DNA of 20,000 nucleotides from an uncultured virus (IMG/VR IMGVR_UViG_2925643758_000002) (IMGVR_UViG_2925643758_000002); one strand, 5' to 3'; counted from the stretch's first letter, positions 1 through 9,227 are shown. Numbers and translations are program-made. The notes: generated from the letters alone by a model not told the origin.

Positions 1-120
1 CAACGTCCTCACCACCGGAAACCCCGCAGACCAAATCATTAAGCAAACGGGCACAAGATACGCTATACCTGAACATATCCACGAGATCGTTTCGATTAAT
101 CTCCGCTTAAACATTCGCAT
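1..120 (-). CDS. Small membrane protein, runs off window edge (MRMFKRRLIETISWICSGIAYLVPVCLMIWSAGFPVVRTL...)
   Basis: Read by hand. ATG at 120 (or 114) coupled to the upstream stop, GGAGTG RBS; basic N-terminus then a hydrophobic stretch; open to the edge. Confidence 0.6.
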   Translation of the reverse strand, partial: MRMFKRRLIETISWICSGIAYLVPVCLMIWSAGFPVVRTL

Positions 121-629
121 CACTCCAAGTCGATTTTATATTCGGTCGTAATCGTATCTTCCGGGAGGTAAAACTCGTATGCCTCGAATCCAGTACTCTT
201 ACCGTAAAAGAATCGCGCGAATGCCGATTTAAATTGCACATCGTAAGTTAAAACATAAGGCTTCGCGTATTTCCCTTCCTTCATCTTCGAATCCTCAACT
301 GCGGCTTTGCTAACCGTTTTAAATCCGTCTTTCTCCTTTACGAAATATAAATACTGCTTTTCGCCAACGTCTCCGGAACCAAGTACGAAGCTTCCGCTTG
401 TTTTAGCGTTGTCTTTAATCGAGTAGATTTCCGCTTTATGTGGATCGACTGTTTTCGTTTCGATAAAAAACGATGGTACAGCCGCAATTAAAAACACACC
501 CACACCACAAAGGATTCCTATAAAAATCCCGCCTAGGACATCGAAAAAGTCAATAAAGTACCACGAATCCTTAATTGCTAGGATTGCGACAACAACGGTA
601 ACAAGTAATGACAGGATAATGATTCCCAT
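120..629 (-). CDS. Phage membrane protein, two N-terminal TM helices
   Basis: 169-aa ORF, AAGGAGG RBS, two hydrophobic segments then a soluble domain. Confidence 0.8.
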   Translation of the reverse strand: MGIIILSLLVTVVVAILAIKDSWYFIDFFDVLGGIFIGILCGVGVFLIAAVPSFFIETKTVDPHKAEIYSIKDNAKTSGSFVLGSGDVGEKQYLYFVKEKDGFKTVSKAAVEDSKMKEGKYAKPYVLTYDVQFKSAFARFFYGKSTGFEAYEFYLPEDTITTEYKIDLE

Positions 630-995
630 CTATTCCGCCTCCTTTACCGTCATTATGTTTTCGTAGCTCGACATAAATGGAATCCGGAAGCCGACCGTCT
701 TGAATTCGTACGTCTTACCGATTTCGATCTCCGCGTACAGATCGCTGGAATTAAACTTCCGCGCGAACAAAGCGTCGGTATTTTCGAACACTTTCGCGTT
801 ACCTTTCTCGTCATCTCCGAAAATCAGATACTTCGAGGAATCGTCAGACGTTTTCGTTTCTTTATCCGTTACCTTTATTACGTAAGTGTTTTCGTTATGG
901 TAAGACGCAATCGTATACGCCGGCGCTGCTACCACGAAAGAAAACACAGCCAGCGCAATCATTGCGATCGTCCCCCACTTTATTACGTGGTCCAT
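630..995 (-). CDS. Membrane-anchored phage protein, DUF1523-like
   Basis: 121 aa; N-terminal TM; VFENTD...KFNSSDL...GFRIPFMSSYENI resembles DUF1523-type proteins; GGGAGG RBS. Confidence 0.7.
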   Translation of the reverse strand: MDHVIKWGTIAMIALAVFSFVVAAPAYTIASYHNENTYVIKVTDKETKTSDDSSKYLIFGDDEKGNAKVFENTDALFARKFNSSDLYAEIEIGKTYEFKTVGFRIPFMSSYENIMTVKEAE

Positions 996-1246
996 TATTT
1001 CGCCTCCCTTACGGACTCAACCGCCTTCTGCGCAGCCAATCCATTGAGTACATGCGTAAATTCCAGCGCATTCTTTTGTTCTCCTGTAAATTCGTTGAAC
1101 ATAAAGAGAAGCGCCATATTTGCGGCAGTAAAGAATTCCGTCAAGTCTACGTCTTCCAATTCCGCAATAAAGTGTTCGGATTCTTCGTTAAAGACCTCGG
1201 AAATCGCTCCGAAAATACCTTGCGTGTATTGTTCGTATTTGCCCAT
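995..1246 (-). CDS. Hypothetical acidic phage protein
   Basis: 83-aa ORF, GGAGG RBS, coupled to both neighbours. Confidence 0.75.
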   Translation of the reverse strand: MGKYEQYTQGIFGAISEVFNEESEHFIAELEDVDLTEFFTAANMALLFMFNEFTGEQKNALEFTHVLNGLAAQKAVESVREAK

Positions 1247-1444
1247 TTATTCGTCCTCCCCGATAGTCGCGTTATCATCAATTCGATAGACGGTTTTAGT
1301 GACGTAAAAGATCGAATAGCCTTCGTGCCTAAGTGAGTTAACAAGGCTCTCCGCATCGATTTCGGAGCCGCAGCGAAGAACTTTAGCATCCGCATAACTA
1401 AACCCCTCCGTTTTCCCTGCGATTAAAAAATATTCTTGATCCAT
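1247..1444 (-). CDS. Hypothetical phage protein
   Basis: 65-aa ORF, GGAGGAGG RBS, abuts both neighbours. Confidence 0.7.
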   Translation of the reverse strand: MDQEYFLIAGKTEGFSYADAKVLRCGSEIDAESLVNSLRHEGYSIFYVTKTVYRIDDNATIGEDE

Positions 1445-1978
1445 TTATTCGCCCTCCTCCGGTTTTATAATCTTCTCGCGGACAAGATACGAAAGCCCAA
1501 TCGCCACCGCATCTGATTCGTCATCTGTCCGAAATGTAAAATCGGCCGGGAGCGAAAGTATCCGCCGTACTCCCGCCTCTACTTCGTCTTTTGATGCGCT
1601 GCCTTTTCCGGTTACGTCCTTTTTAACCGTTGTCGGCGTGATCTCCACATCCGCCTTATAGCCGTATTTACCAAGCGCTAAGTCGATGACGGCCCACGCA
1701 CCAAACACCGTTTGGGTCGATCGCCTATTGCGCCCTTTCGTGTAATGCTCCCGGACAACAACGTCGAACGGTCCGTGTTCGTGCAGAACCATCGTTGCCG
1801 CTGCCTCGATATAGGAATACCGGTGACTGTCCGGCGACTGGCTCGTCGTGCTGACAGACGTTACATGTACGAGATTCACGCGCGGACCTGACTTCAGCCG
1901 TTTGACTTCGAGGACTGCGAATCCGGGATTAGTCGATATGTCTAACGCTAGGATGCGGATAGACTTGGTGCTAGTCAT
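1445..1978 (-). CDS. RuvC-like Holliday junction resolvase
   Basis: ILALDIS, VVREH, TPTTVKKDVTGKGSASKDEV and DDESDAVAIG match the RuvC/RNase H-fold catalytic pattern. Confidence 0.88.
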   Translation of the reverse strand: MTSTKSIRILALDISTNPGFAVLEVKRLKSGPRVNLVHVTSVSTTSQSPDSHRYSYIEAAATMVLHEHGPFDVVVREHYTKGRNRRSTQTVFGAWAVIDLALGKYGYKADVEITPTTVKKDVTGKGSASKDEVEAGVRRILSLPADFTFRTDDESDAVAIGLSYLVREKIIKPEEGE

Positions 1979-2292
1979 CGGAGCTCCTTCTCGGCATATT
2001 CATCGAAAGTTATTTTCGCGTGACATTCCTGCATTTTCCCGCCCTTAAAGTATTTTCGCCACATATCGTCTTTCTCTTCGCCTTCTCCTGTAAGCGTGAT
2101 GAGTACGTCAGGGAATTGACGGGATACTTCCCGCACATCTTCCTCGTGTCCGTACCATTTCAGTTCGTAGGCCCATCCATTGAAAACCGAGGTCAAGCAG
2201 CCGTTTTCAAAGTGATTTTCGTTGACGTATTCGCGAATCAGCTCCGTATCCTTATCCATCTCAACTTCGTATTGTGTGTAGTAATCCATCAA
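1975..2292 (-). CDS. Hypothetical phage protein
   Basis: 105-aa ORF, GGGAGG RBS, 4-nt overlaps with neighbours. Confidence 0.75.
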   Translation of the reverse strand: MMDYYTQYEVEMDKDTELIREYVNENHFENGCLTSVFNGWAYELKWYGHEEDVREVSRQFPDVLITLTGEGEEKDDMWRKYFKGGKMQECHAKITFDEYAEKELR

Positions 2293-3347
2293 ACCGCCTC
2301 CCCTTTGCGTACTTTTTCGATAAACTCTAGCGCCCCGGCATACTGCCTTTTCGTAGAATCAAAGACGTTCGACCGCTTGACTCGCGAAACCTTATCACGG
2401 ATGTCTTCCAGCTCGGCCGCCGTAAGTGACCGCGCAATAGCCGTTTTGTATCCGTTGAATGTCCAGCCGTTAAGGTCGACCGCCCTCGGCTTGCCGTCGT
2501 CAATCGAATTCTGAATTTCTACGAATCTATCGAGCAGCACGTCGATGTCTTCGCGTCCGATTTCGAGGCCGAACGCCCGGATGTCCGGCGACTTTTCGAA
2601 TTCTCCTTCTTCGTACTCCCACGCCTTCTTCGATGCGTTTACGTAGAGGATCACGTATAAGTCGACGCCATACATCTCCGCATAAGCGACACACTGCTTA
2701 ACGTGTTTTTCATCCGGCTTCTTCAGCGAATAGAAAGACGTACGGGCCGCGCTCGTTTGCTTCGACTTGATTTCGAGTCCCACGCGCAATACTTCGCCAT
2801 CTTCCGTGACATAGCGCATAATGCCGTCGCACGTTCCGAAAAGGTGAAACGTCTTGCCAGCGCGCTCGATCTTATGGTTCCGCTTGGCGAAGTCCTCGAA
2901 CATCGGCGTGCCGTCCGGATTACGTTCGAAGCTGAACGGGCAGGGGCGGCCGACTTTCTTTTCGAAATGTTTTTCCATAAAGAGCAAATCACGCTGAATC
3001 ATATCGCCAATTGCCGTTCCGATGCGGGTCCAGCGTCCCTGATACGGAGGCTTTTTCGTTACGTCTCTCGGATCTCCTTGCGCCTTATGATAAAGTTCAC
3101 GCGGGCAGGCATTCGCAGATGACGGCGAGAAATACGGTTTCTTCGGAAATACTTTCGGAGCATCTGCGTACCATCGGTGGATCTGCGCGTCCAGTGCGTT
3201 ATCCCACGTTTCCGGAAGCGAGTGCCATTCGTTTAGATATTCGATGAGTTCATCCGCAATCTGTTGCGCATAGCCGGTCGGTTCGGGCGTCGGCGCTAAT
3301 TGGGCGCGCAGTGAGTTTGCGGCTGATCGTGCGTTTGCGTTCGTCAA
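2289..3347 (-). CDS. PD-(D/E)XK superfamily (Cas4/RecB-like) phage exonuclease
   Basis: FSPSSANACPRELY, GTAIGD, GTCDG, LEIKSK and QCVAY motifs. Confidence 0.8.
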   Translation of the reverse strand: MTNANARSAANSLRAQLAPTPEPTGYAQQIADELIEYLNEWHSLPETWDNALDAQIHRWYADAPKVFPKKPYFSPSSANACPRELYHKAQGDPRDVTKKPPYQGRWTRIGTAIGDMIQRDLLFMEKHFEKKVGRPCPFSFERNPDGTPMFEDFAKRNHKIERAGKTFHLFGTCDGIMRYVTEDGEVLRVGLEIKSKQTSAARTSFYSLKKPDEKHVKQCVAYAEMYGVDLYVILYVNASKKAWEYEEGEFEKSPDIRAFGLEIGREDIDVLLDRFVEIQNSIDDGKPRAVDLNGWTFNGYKTAIARSLTAAELEDIRDKVSRVKRSNVFDSTKRQYAGALEFIEKVRKGEAV

Positions 3348-4055
3348 TTAATCACGTCCCTTCATCGTACGCCCGATAATACTGCCTAGCTTGACAAACA
3401 TATCGTGATCCTCCGGAAACGCTCGAACCAAACGAATTAAGTCCGTATTATCCAACGCAACCATATGAACTTTACGTACAATTGCGTTCTTAGGCTTGAA
3501 CTTCAGCGGACGATCTGCGGAGTCTTGAACGATGTTTTCGAACTCGTTAAACTCCTCTCTTACATGCGGTAGATAGAGCCGGAATACTTTAATCGTCGCT
3601 TCTACGTCGTTAAGCGCCCGATGATGTCCTTCAAGCGAGATATCGTGGCGTTTAGCAACATGCTTGAGGCTCGCAGATAGTTCCGGTTCAACGAAGCGCG
3701 CCATAGCTCGCGTACAGTAAAAGCGTTTAGGCTCGATTCCGCCTCGACTGATAAACGACAGATCGAACGGAGCATTTTGCGCAACTACAATCGAATCGCC
3801 AATAAATTCGTTCAGCTTTTCGAGTGCTTCGGTTTCAGTCGGTGCGCCTTCGAGATCGGCCGCTGTGATGCCGGTCAGTTTCGTAATGAATTCCGGCAGC
3901 TCACGGCCCTCTTCCAGCGCAACCATCGTATGAAAACGATCAATTTCGTTAAAGCCTTCGTCGATCTTAATCGCGCCGATTTCCGTAATTTGTTCGGACT
4001 GATAATCGAGTCCTGTCGTTTCTAAGTCGAGTACAACGTATGTCTTTTTCATCAT
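3348..4055 (-). CDS. DEDDh 3'-5' exonuclease (DnaQ/PolC-exo-like)
   Basis: ExoI VVLDLETTGL, ExoII NAPFD, ExoIII HHRALND. Confidence 0.92.
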   Translation of the reverse strand: MMKKTYVVLDLETTGLDYQSEQITEIGAIKIDEGFNEIDRFHTMVALEEGRELPEFITKLTGITAADLEGAPTETEALEKLNEFIGDSIVVAQNAPFDLSFISRGGIEPKRFYCTRAMARFVEPELSASLKHVAKRHDISLEGHHRALNDVEATIKVFRLYLPHVREEFNEFENIVQDSADRPLKFKPKNAIVRKVHMVALDNTDLIRLVRAFPEDHDMFVKLGSIIGRTMKGRD

Positions 4056-6208
4056 TCCGCCTCCTTGTTTTTAAACCATTCATCTACCATAAATCCTTCG
4101 CCCCATCTTCGGCTGATTTCAATATCCGTCTTATTCGGCACATCTAGCCGCAATGTATTTAGCATCACCGCCTCGAAATCCGCTACATCATCACGCGTTA
4201 AAGTTTCCGGAGCATAAACGGCAACCTCGTCGTGTACCGAGAAGGCCATCGTCCATCCTTTTCGGCGGCATAATTTCTGTAGTTCGATCATCGTTAGCTT
4301 CGTCTGTATGGCTGCGCTGCCTTGGATAATCGCGTTTGTTGCCTGCCGCATTGCCCGGAACTGCGTAAATCGGTCGCGCGACTTGGCTTCCGGAAGCCTA
4401 CGTTTCCGCCCGTGAATCATCTGTACGAAGCCGTTACGCTTGGCAAACTGCTCGTTCCCATCGATCCACTCTTTTACCTTCGGATATTTTTCGTAGAACT
4501 GTGCGATAAAGTCCTTCGCTTCCTTCTCCGTTATGCCAAGCTGATCGGCAAGTGTTTTCGGGCCCGTTCCGTACATAACCGCGAGAATTCCTGTTTTCAT
4601 CATCTTCCGGTACTTAGAACCGTCTCCGCATTCTTCGATTGGCAAGCCAAATAATTCGCTGGCAGCCGTTGAATAAAGATCGCGCCCTTCCCGATAAGCA
4701 CTTACGAGGACTTCCTCGCCTGTAAAATGTGATAAGAAGCGTGGTTCCTGTTGCGAGAAATCACCGGATAGGATTACTTGACCCGGAGGAGAGACGAACA
4801 GCTTACGCGCAAAGTACGGCTGATTCTGCAGGTTCGGATTGTTCGAAGAAAAGCGCCCGGTCACGGTGCCCGTTTGATTGAAGTTCCCGTGAATGCGTCC
4901 GTCTGCCTTTACCTGTTGCGGCAAAGCTTCGATATACGTTCCAAGCAGCTTCGTCTTCTCGCGATAAGATAACAAGAGCTTAATTCCTTCGTGATGTGAC
5001 GCCAGTAATTTCAACGTCTTAACGTCGGTCGATTTCTTGAAACCCTTCGGCAAGTAACGGTCGAGCTTCAGTTCATCGAAGAACTTTTCCGATAGCTGCG
5101 CCGGTGAATTGAAGTTGATCTCGCCGAAGTGACTTCGCAATCCCTCTTCAATATCGACTAGTTCCGCTTTCAGCTCGGCGCCCAACGTTTTAGCCTTCTC
5201 GATATCCAGTACGAAGCCGGCCGCCTCCATCTCGACCGACACACCGATCGTTGGATTCTCGACTTGTTCGTAGTATTCGAGTAGCCCAATCTTTCGTAAA
5301 TGTTCGCGTTGGAAGTTTCGTAATTTGAGCGTAACGTCACCGTCCTTCGCCGCATAAGCCAGCGCAACGTTTAGATCGGCGACTTCGTGAAAGCCAGCCT
5401 TACCGAATAACTCATCGTATGTCTGCGAAGGAATGCCGAGATATTTCGTAACGAGATCCTTCAACCGGTAAGACCCACCCGTAACGCGCTCATTTTCGTT
5501 AAGAATATGCATAGCGAACTGCGTATCCCACGCCAAGCCACGCAATGTAACGCCTTCGTGCGATAACATGTGAATATCGAATTTTCCGTTATGTGCGATC
5601 TTTTTAACGGAAGCATCTTCGTAAATCGGTTTTAGTTTCGCCATCACGTAATCATGCGGCAACTGCGGCGCCTCTGTAACGTGCTTGGTCGGAATGTAAG
5701 CGTGTATGTTCGCCTTGACTGCACTTATCACGTTACCTACAATCCTGTCTTCCCACGTATCAGCGCCCGTCGTCTCTACGTCGAATACGATCTCTTCTTC
5801 GTCAGCCAGCAGCGCCAGAAATTCGTTAAAACGTTCGTCATCCGTAATCAGCCAGTAATTATCCGGCGTGTTCTCGACCATCTGCCGCAACGTTTCTTCG
5901 CGCTGGGCTTCCTGAAGCGTCTTCCATAATCGGAGCGCCTCCGCCTTGCTGAACGCTTTAGGATTGCCGGCCTTGTTCACGCAGTCAGCCGGATCGCGCG
6001 CCAGCTTGCCCGCATCCATGGCCGCCCTGACTTCCGTTACCCTTTTGCGATCGGCATCCGATAGCTTCATCGCGAATATTTTGCGCCAGCTTTCCTCAAT
6101 CGGCTCGGCGGTCTTGGCTTTCGCCTTCCGCTTGGCCGTCGCCTCTACTGCGTCCGATTTCGGTGCCGCCGGCTTCAGCGCGTTCATATTTAACCGTAAG
6201 CCTTCCAT
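4052..6208 (-). CDS. polA: Phage family-A DNA polymerase (3'-5' exo + pol, no 5'-3' exo)
   Basis: Exo motifs FDVETTG/HNGKFD/YAAKD; TVTGRFSSNNPNLQN; motif A DFSQQEPR, motif B RKMMKTGILAVMYG, motif C VHDE; GGAAGGAGG RBS. Confidence 0.97.
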   Translation of the reverse strand: MEGLRLNMNALKPAAPKSDAVEATAKRKAKAKTAEPIEESWRKIFAMKLSDADRKRVTEVRAAMDAGKLARDPADCVNKAGNPKAFSKAEALRLWKTLQEAQREETLRQMVENTPDNYWLITDDERFNEFLALLADEEEIVFDVETTGADTWEDRIVGNVISAVKANIHAYIPTKHVTEAPQLPHDYVMAKLKPIYEDASVKKIAHNGKFDIHMLSHEGVTLRGLAWDTQFAMHILNENERVTGGSYRLKDLVTKYLGIPSQTYDELFGKAGFHEVADLNVALAYAAKDGDVTLKLRNFQREHLRKIGLLEYYEQVENPTIGVSVEMEAAGFVLDIEKAKTLGAELKAELVDIEEGLRSHFGEINFNSPAQLSEKFFDELKLDRYLPKGFKKSTDVKTLKLLASHHEGIKLLLSYREKTKLLGTYIEALPQQVKADGRIHGNFNQTGTVTGRFSSNNPNLQNQPYFARKLFVSPPGQVILSGDFSQQEPRFLSHFTGEEVLVSAYREGRDLYSTAASELFGLPIEECGDGSKYRKMMKTGILAVMYGTGPKTLADQLGITEKEAKDFIAQFYEKYPKVKEWIDGNEQFAKRNGFVQMIHGRKRRLPEAKSRDRFTQFRAMRQATNAIIQGSAAIQTKLTMIELQKLCRRKGWTMAFSVHDEVAVYAPETLTRDDVADFEAVMLNTLRLDVPNKTDIEISRRWGEGFMVDEWFKNKEAE

Positions 6209-6242
6209 CCGTCGTCCTCCTTCCTCGCGTAATAAGTTCCGC

Positions 6243-6398
6243 TTATTCGCTCATTATTACGTTAAGGCATCCGAATATAAAAACGCTTAGAACGCACGTT
6301 ACAGTAGCAAACACATACATGTTCAATACGCACCATCCGGCAATGAATGCCATTAATACACCGAATACAAATGCGATCGCTCTCGGTAATCTCTTCAT
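6243..6398 (-). CDS. 51-aa two-TM membrane protein (MKRLPRAIAFVFGVLMAFIAGWCVLNMYVFATVTCVLSVFIFGCLNVIMSE)
   Basis: Read by hand. GGAGG RBS, ATGA overlap with the upstream stop, fills the gap before polA. Confidence 0.75.
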   Translation of the reverse strand: MKRLPRAIAFVFGVLMAFIAGWCVLNMYVFATVTCVLSVFIFGCLNVIMSE

Positions 6399-6574
6399 AA
6401 ATCGACCGCCTCCGTCCATCTTCGTTTATAGTCCGCTTCGTTTTCCGCATACCATTCCGACCAGCAAGACGGCCCACACGCATAAACCTCGAAGAGCGAA
6501 TCGTAAATTGCGGATTGCCCTTCGTAAAGGTTAGCGTTACATGCGGCGCAGACGGCGGCCGGCTTAGCGGTCAA
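6395..6574 (-). CDS. 59-aa putative zinc-finger protein (CxxC...CxxxC)
   Basis: TTG start at 6574 with GAGG RBS overlapping the upstream gene end; CAAC and CGPSC motifs. Confidence 0.65.
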   Translation of the reverse strand: MTAKPAAVCAACNANLYEGQSAIYDSLFEVYACGPSCWSEWYAENEADYKRRWTEAVDL

Positions 6575-7841
6575 AGCGCGCCTCGACTGGCGTAATGAGT
6601 TCGACTTTAAGAAAATATCCATGCACTGTATCCACGACGGACCCACCAGAGGCTTGTTTGAGGACTTCGATAATATCCCCGTTTGCTACACGTCCAGCAC
6701 ACTTGTTGTCTACTACTCGCGCGATATCGCCTTTCTTATACTCGCCAACCTTGCGTCCGATCTTCGCCCACTTCGCTTCTTCGGCTTGCTTACGCTCGAT
6801 CTCGGCGGCTTCCTCTTCGGATAAAATTTCGAGCTGATCTGGCGTTGCGTAGCCGAACCTCTCGGTACTGTCAGCGATTCGAATACGTTTACCCTTAGGG
6901 TGATTGAAGTTATTATATAAAACCTCGTAAATCTTATCGTTCTCAAATCCGCTAAGAGGGTAGTCTCCGCCGCCTGAAAGCAACCGCACCTTATCGCCTC
7001 TTTTAAATTTAGCGCGTGCTGCTGCGTCTTTAGCTTCGGCAACTTCTTCGTCAGTGGCGCGGACGAGTTCAGATTCATAAAACCAGCCGCCTCGTTCTCC
7101 GTTTAATTTTTCGCATTTGTAAGGTACGACGCTCTCATCGTCTATTTTCACTAATACGATTTCTCCGATTTCCGCGCAATGCACTCTGAGGTTTTCGACC
7201 ACCTTCGCATAATCACCGACCTTCAGGCGCTCAGGCTTCGGCTCAACTTCTACGCTTGAGGCGCTTACTTTGCGGTAAACTTCGAATTCGTCATCGCACA
7301 GCACTTGTGTATCAAATTCGTCCCCATCGTCGTCAGTAATCCATGGATCTCCTTGCGAATCAACGTAATCAATTTCGTAATACTTGCCCGAGGTTAGACA
7401 GCGTTTAGGAGCCTCATCGAACTTAATATAATCGCCATCCTGCGCTTCGCTTTTGTCAATCCGCTTATATTCCGCTTCACCCTTTAGCGCAGCCACGTCG
7501 GATTTTAACGATTCGATTTCGCCTTCCGCGCTGCTGACGCGTTCTTCTAATGACGGACTGGTGCTGGTGGATACTTTGCGGAAGAGTTCGTAATCGTCGC
7601 CAAATCTAACCCGCCCAAAATCTACGTCGTCCAAGAATCTAACGTCGTCCGCATGGTCGGCATCATCCGTAATTTTGTAGAAAGCGCCGTAGGTAATATC
7701 GTAACCACCTTCCTCGGCCCGTACCAAATCGCCCATCTTCGGTAAACCTTCCGCCTTCACATATTCCGAACCGCCATACGCAACCTTCGTAATTTCACCG
7801 TTCACCATATCGAGTGTCTCAACGCCGTTTAATTTCGCCAT
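6564..7841 (-). CDS. Multi-module phage protein with about 5 SH3/KOW-like beta-barrel repeats
   Basis: 425 aa; recurring GD-x-V/I-K/R module starts (GDLVR, GDYIK, GDYAKV, GDKVRL, GDIARV) and a short coiled coil; GGAGG RBS. Confidence 0.75.
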   Translation of the reverse strand: MAKLNGVETLDMVNGEITKVAYGGSEYVKAEGLPKMGDLVRAEEGGYDITYGAFYKITDDADHADDVRFLDDVDFGRVRFGDDYELFRKVSTSTSPSLEERVSSAEGEIESLKSDVAALKGEAEYKRIDKSEAQDGDYIKFDEAPKRCLTSGKYYEIDYVDSQGDPWITDDDGDEFDTQVLCDDEFEVYRKVSASSVEVEPKPERLKVGDYAKVVENLRVHCAEIGEIVLVKIDDESVVPYKCEKLNGERGGWFYESELVRATDEEVAEAKDAAARAKFKRGDKVRLLSGGGDYPLSGFENDKIYEVLYNNFNHPKGKRIRIADSTERFGYATPDQLEILSEEEAAEIERKQAEEAKWAKIGRKVGEYKKGDIARVVDNKCAGRVANGDIIEVLKQASGGSVVDTVHGYFLKVELITPVEARFDR

Positions 7842-8279
7842 TTATACCGCCTCCGATTCGTTAATTTCCGTAACCTCTACGTCTTCACGTCGAAAGTTCA
7901 AATCCATCCGAACCCACCGTTTGCCATCCTTCGACTGCGGCCCCCAATACTCCTTTAGCTCGCGATTCTCGAACATCCAAACGGTGGGCGCCACCCCTGT
8001 ACCGATTTCGACGCCGATAAAGTAATCGACTTCGTCAAGCATATAAGGCGTGCCGTCGTGCTTCCGCGCCTGAACGATCCGCTTTCCGCCGCGCTTTTTA
8101 CGTACGATAATCGTCTTAACCTGAAACGTTTTCCATTCGCCGCTCAGAGGATCTTTTGCGCTAATATCAAACGCCTCTTCCGTTTCGGACGTACTGACCG
8201 CCTGCCAGCCGCTAGCCAGCAGCGCAGCACGTGCGATCAGTTCCGAATACTTGCCGGTATCTTCTGCTTTATGCGCCAT
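7842..8279 (-). CDS. Small PD-(D/E)XK endonuclease (Hjc/I-Ssp6803I-like)
   Basis: GKYSE, AFDI, FQVKT and EVDYFIGV pattern; AAAAGGAGG RBS. Confidence 0.7.
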   Translation of the reverse strand: MAHKAEDTGKYSELIARAALLASGWQAVSTSETEEAFDISAKDPLSGEWKTFQVKTIIVRKKRGGKRIVQARKHDGTPYMLDEVDYFIGVEIGTGVAPTVWMFENRELKEYWGPQSKDGKRWVRMDLNFRREDVEVTEINESEAV

Positions 8280-8310
8280 ATAAGCGCCTCCTTTTCGTCT
8301 TTAGTCGCGA

Positions 8311-9081
8311 TTAAAACGGGAGTTCTTCGGAAGTAGGTTCGTTAGAATCTGCCGATCCGCCGCCGAGTGACAGACCGATCAAGCCGATATCGAATCCGGC
8401 CGCAACAAGGTTCTCGATCTGCGTTTTCTCATCCGCTTCGAAAAGCAGGCCGTCAAACAGCGACATATCGAATTCTTTATCCGCATACTTAGCGAAGTTC
8501 TCGCGCTCCTTCTCCGTTAGATCGTCTTCCATGTCGATGATAGGCGTTAAGCTAACGGTAGTTGCCGTTCCTGACCCCGTCTTTTCAAGCTCGAACGCAA
8601 CCTTTCCGAGTTTCTTTTCATACTTCAAGATAACCGCGTAAATTGTTTGCGCCTGCTTCTTCGAGAGGTCGATAATGATTGGCTCGCCCGTCGTCAGATC
8701 GATAAATCCAAGGGCATAACGCTCTTTTACGCGATACTTGCTCGCCTCTTCTTTGTATCTTTCTTCCGCATGGCTATCGCCTTTGTTTTCGGCTTCTTTC
8801 TTCAGATCCTGATAGTACTTCCACGCGAGATCCCACGGCGTGTAATTGCCGACCGGGAAACCTTTTTCGTTCATAGTGCTCGGGTTTTCAGCCACGAACG
8901 AGTTAACTTTTTTATAAATTCCGTAGTTGTAGAATCGGATAAGATCCGCAGTACCAAGAACGCGAACTTTAAAGGAAGTGCCGGATGTAAAACTTGTGAA
9001 CTCGGTTTCCTTACCGCTTCCGCCCTCGTTCGTTGAATTTAAAGCGTTTAATGCCGCTGCACCTTTTTCAAATTTGCTCAT
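8311..9081 (-). CDS. Phage single-stranded DNA-binding protein
   Basis: True start likely ATG 9081 (AGGGGG RBS), giving 256 aa; acidic tail ending SEELPF as in SSB C-termini; replication-operon context. Confidence 0.72.
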   Translation of the reverse strand: MSKFEKGAAALNALNSTNEGGSGKETEFTSFTSGTSFKVRVLGTADLIRFYNYGIYKKVNSFVAENPSTMNEKGFPVGNYTPWDLAWKYYQDLKKEAENKGDSHAEERYKEEASKYRVKERYALGFIDLTTGEPIIIDLSKKQAQTIYAVILKYEKKLGKVAFELEKTGSGTATTVSLTPIIDMEDDLTEKERENFAKYADKEFDMSLFDGLLFEADEKTQIENLVAAGFDIGLIGLSLGGGSADSNEPTSEELPF

Positions 9082-9105
9082 TCGTTTTCCCCCTACGTCT
9101 TTATT

Positions 9106-9218
9106 AAGGCTTTTCGCCCTCGCAAAATGCCGGTGTCTGCGCCCGAAACGCCGCCAGCGCTTGGCAGTAGCGACGCGACACGGATTACCTAACGGCCGCC
9201 CCGACATTCTCCGAGGAC
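9106..9218 (-). ncRNA. Putative structured cis-regulatory RNA leader of the SSB gene
   Basis: GC-rich non-coding gap with three hand-folded hairpins (9198-9218, 9130-9183, 9106-9120), each using G-U pairs in the minus-strand RNA. Confidence 0.45.
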
Positions 9219-9227
9219 GCGACGCGC

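Noticed and set aside
2289..3347. CRISPR-Cas locus suggested by the Cas4-like nuclease
   Set aside because: No repeat-spacer array or other cas genes; the context is phage recombination.
4052..6208. Intron or intein in the polymerase (or in the helicase)
   Set aside because: Reading frames are continuous with normally spaced motifs and no intein signatures.
6289..6302. AGAAC-GCAC-GTTAC as an SOS box upstream of polA
   Set aside because: Mismatch in the conserved GTTC half-site and no correctly spaced promoter found nearby.
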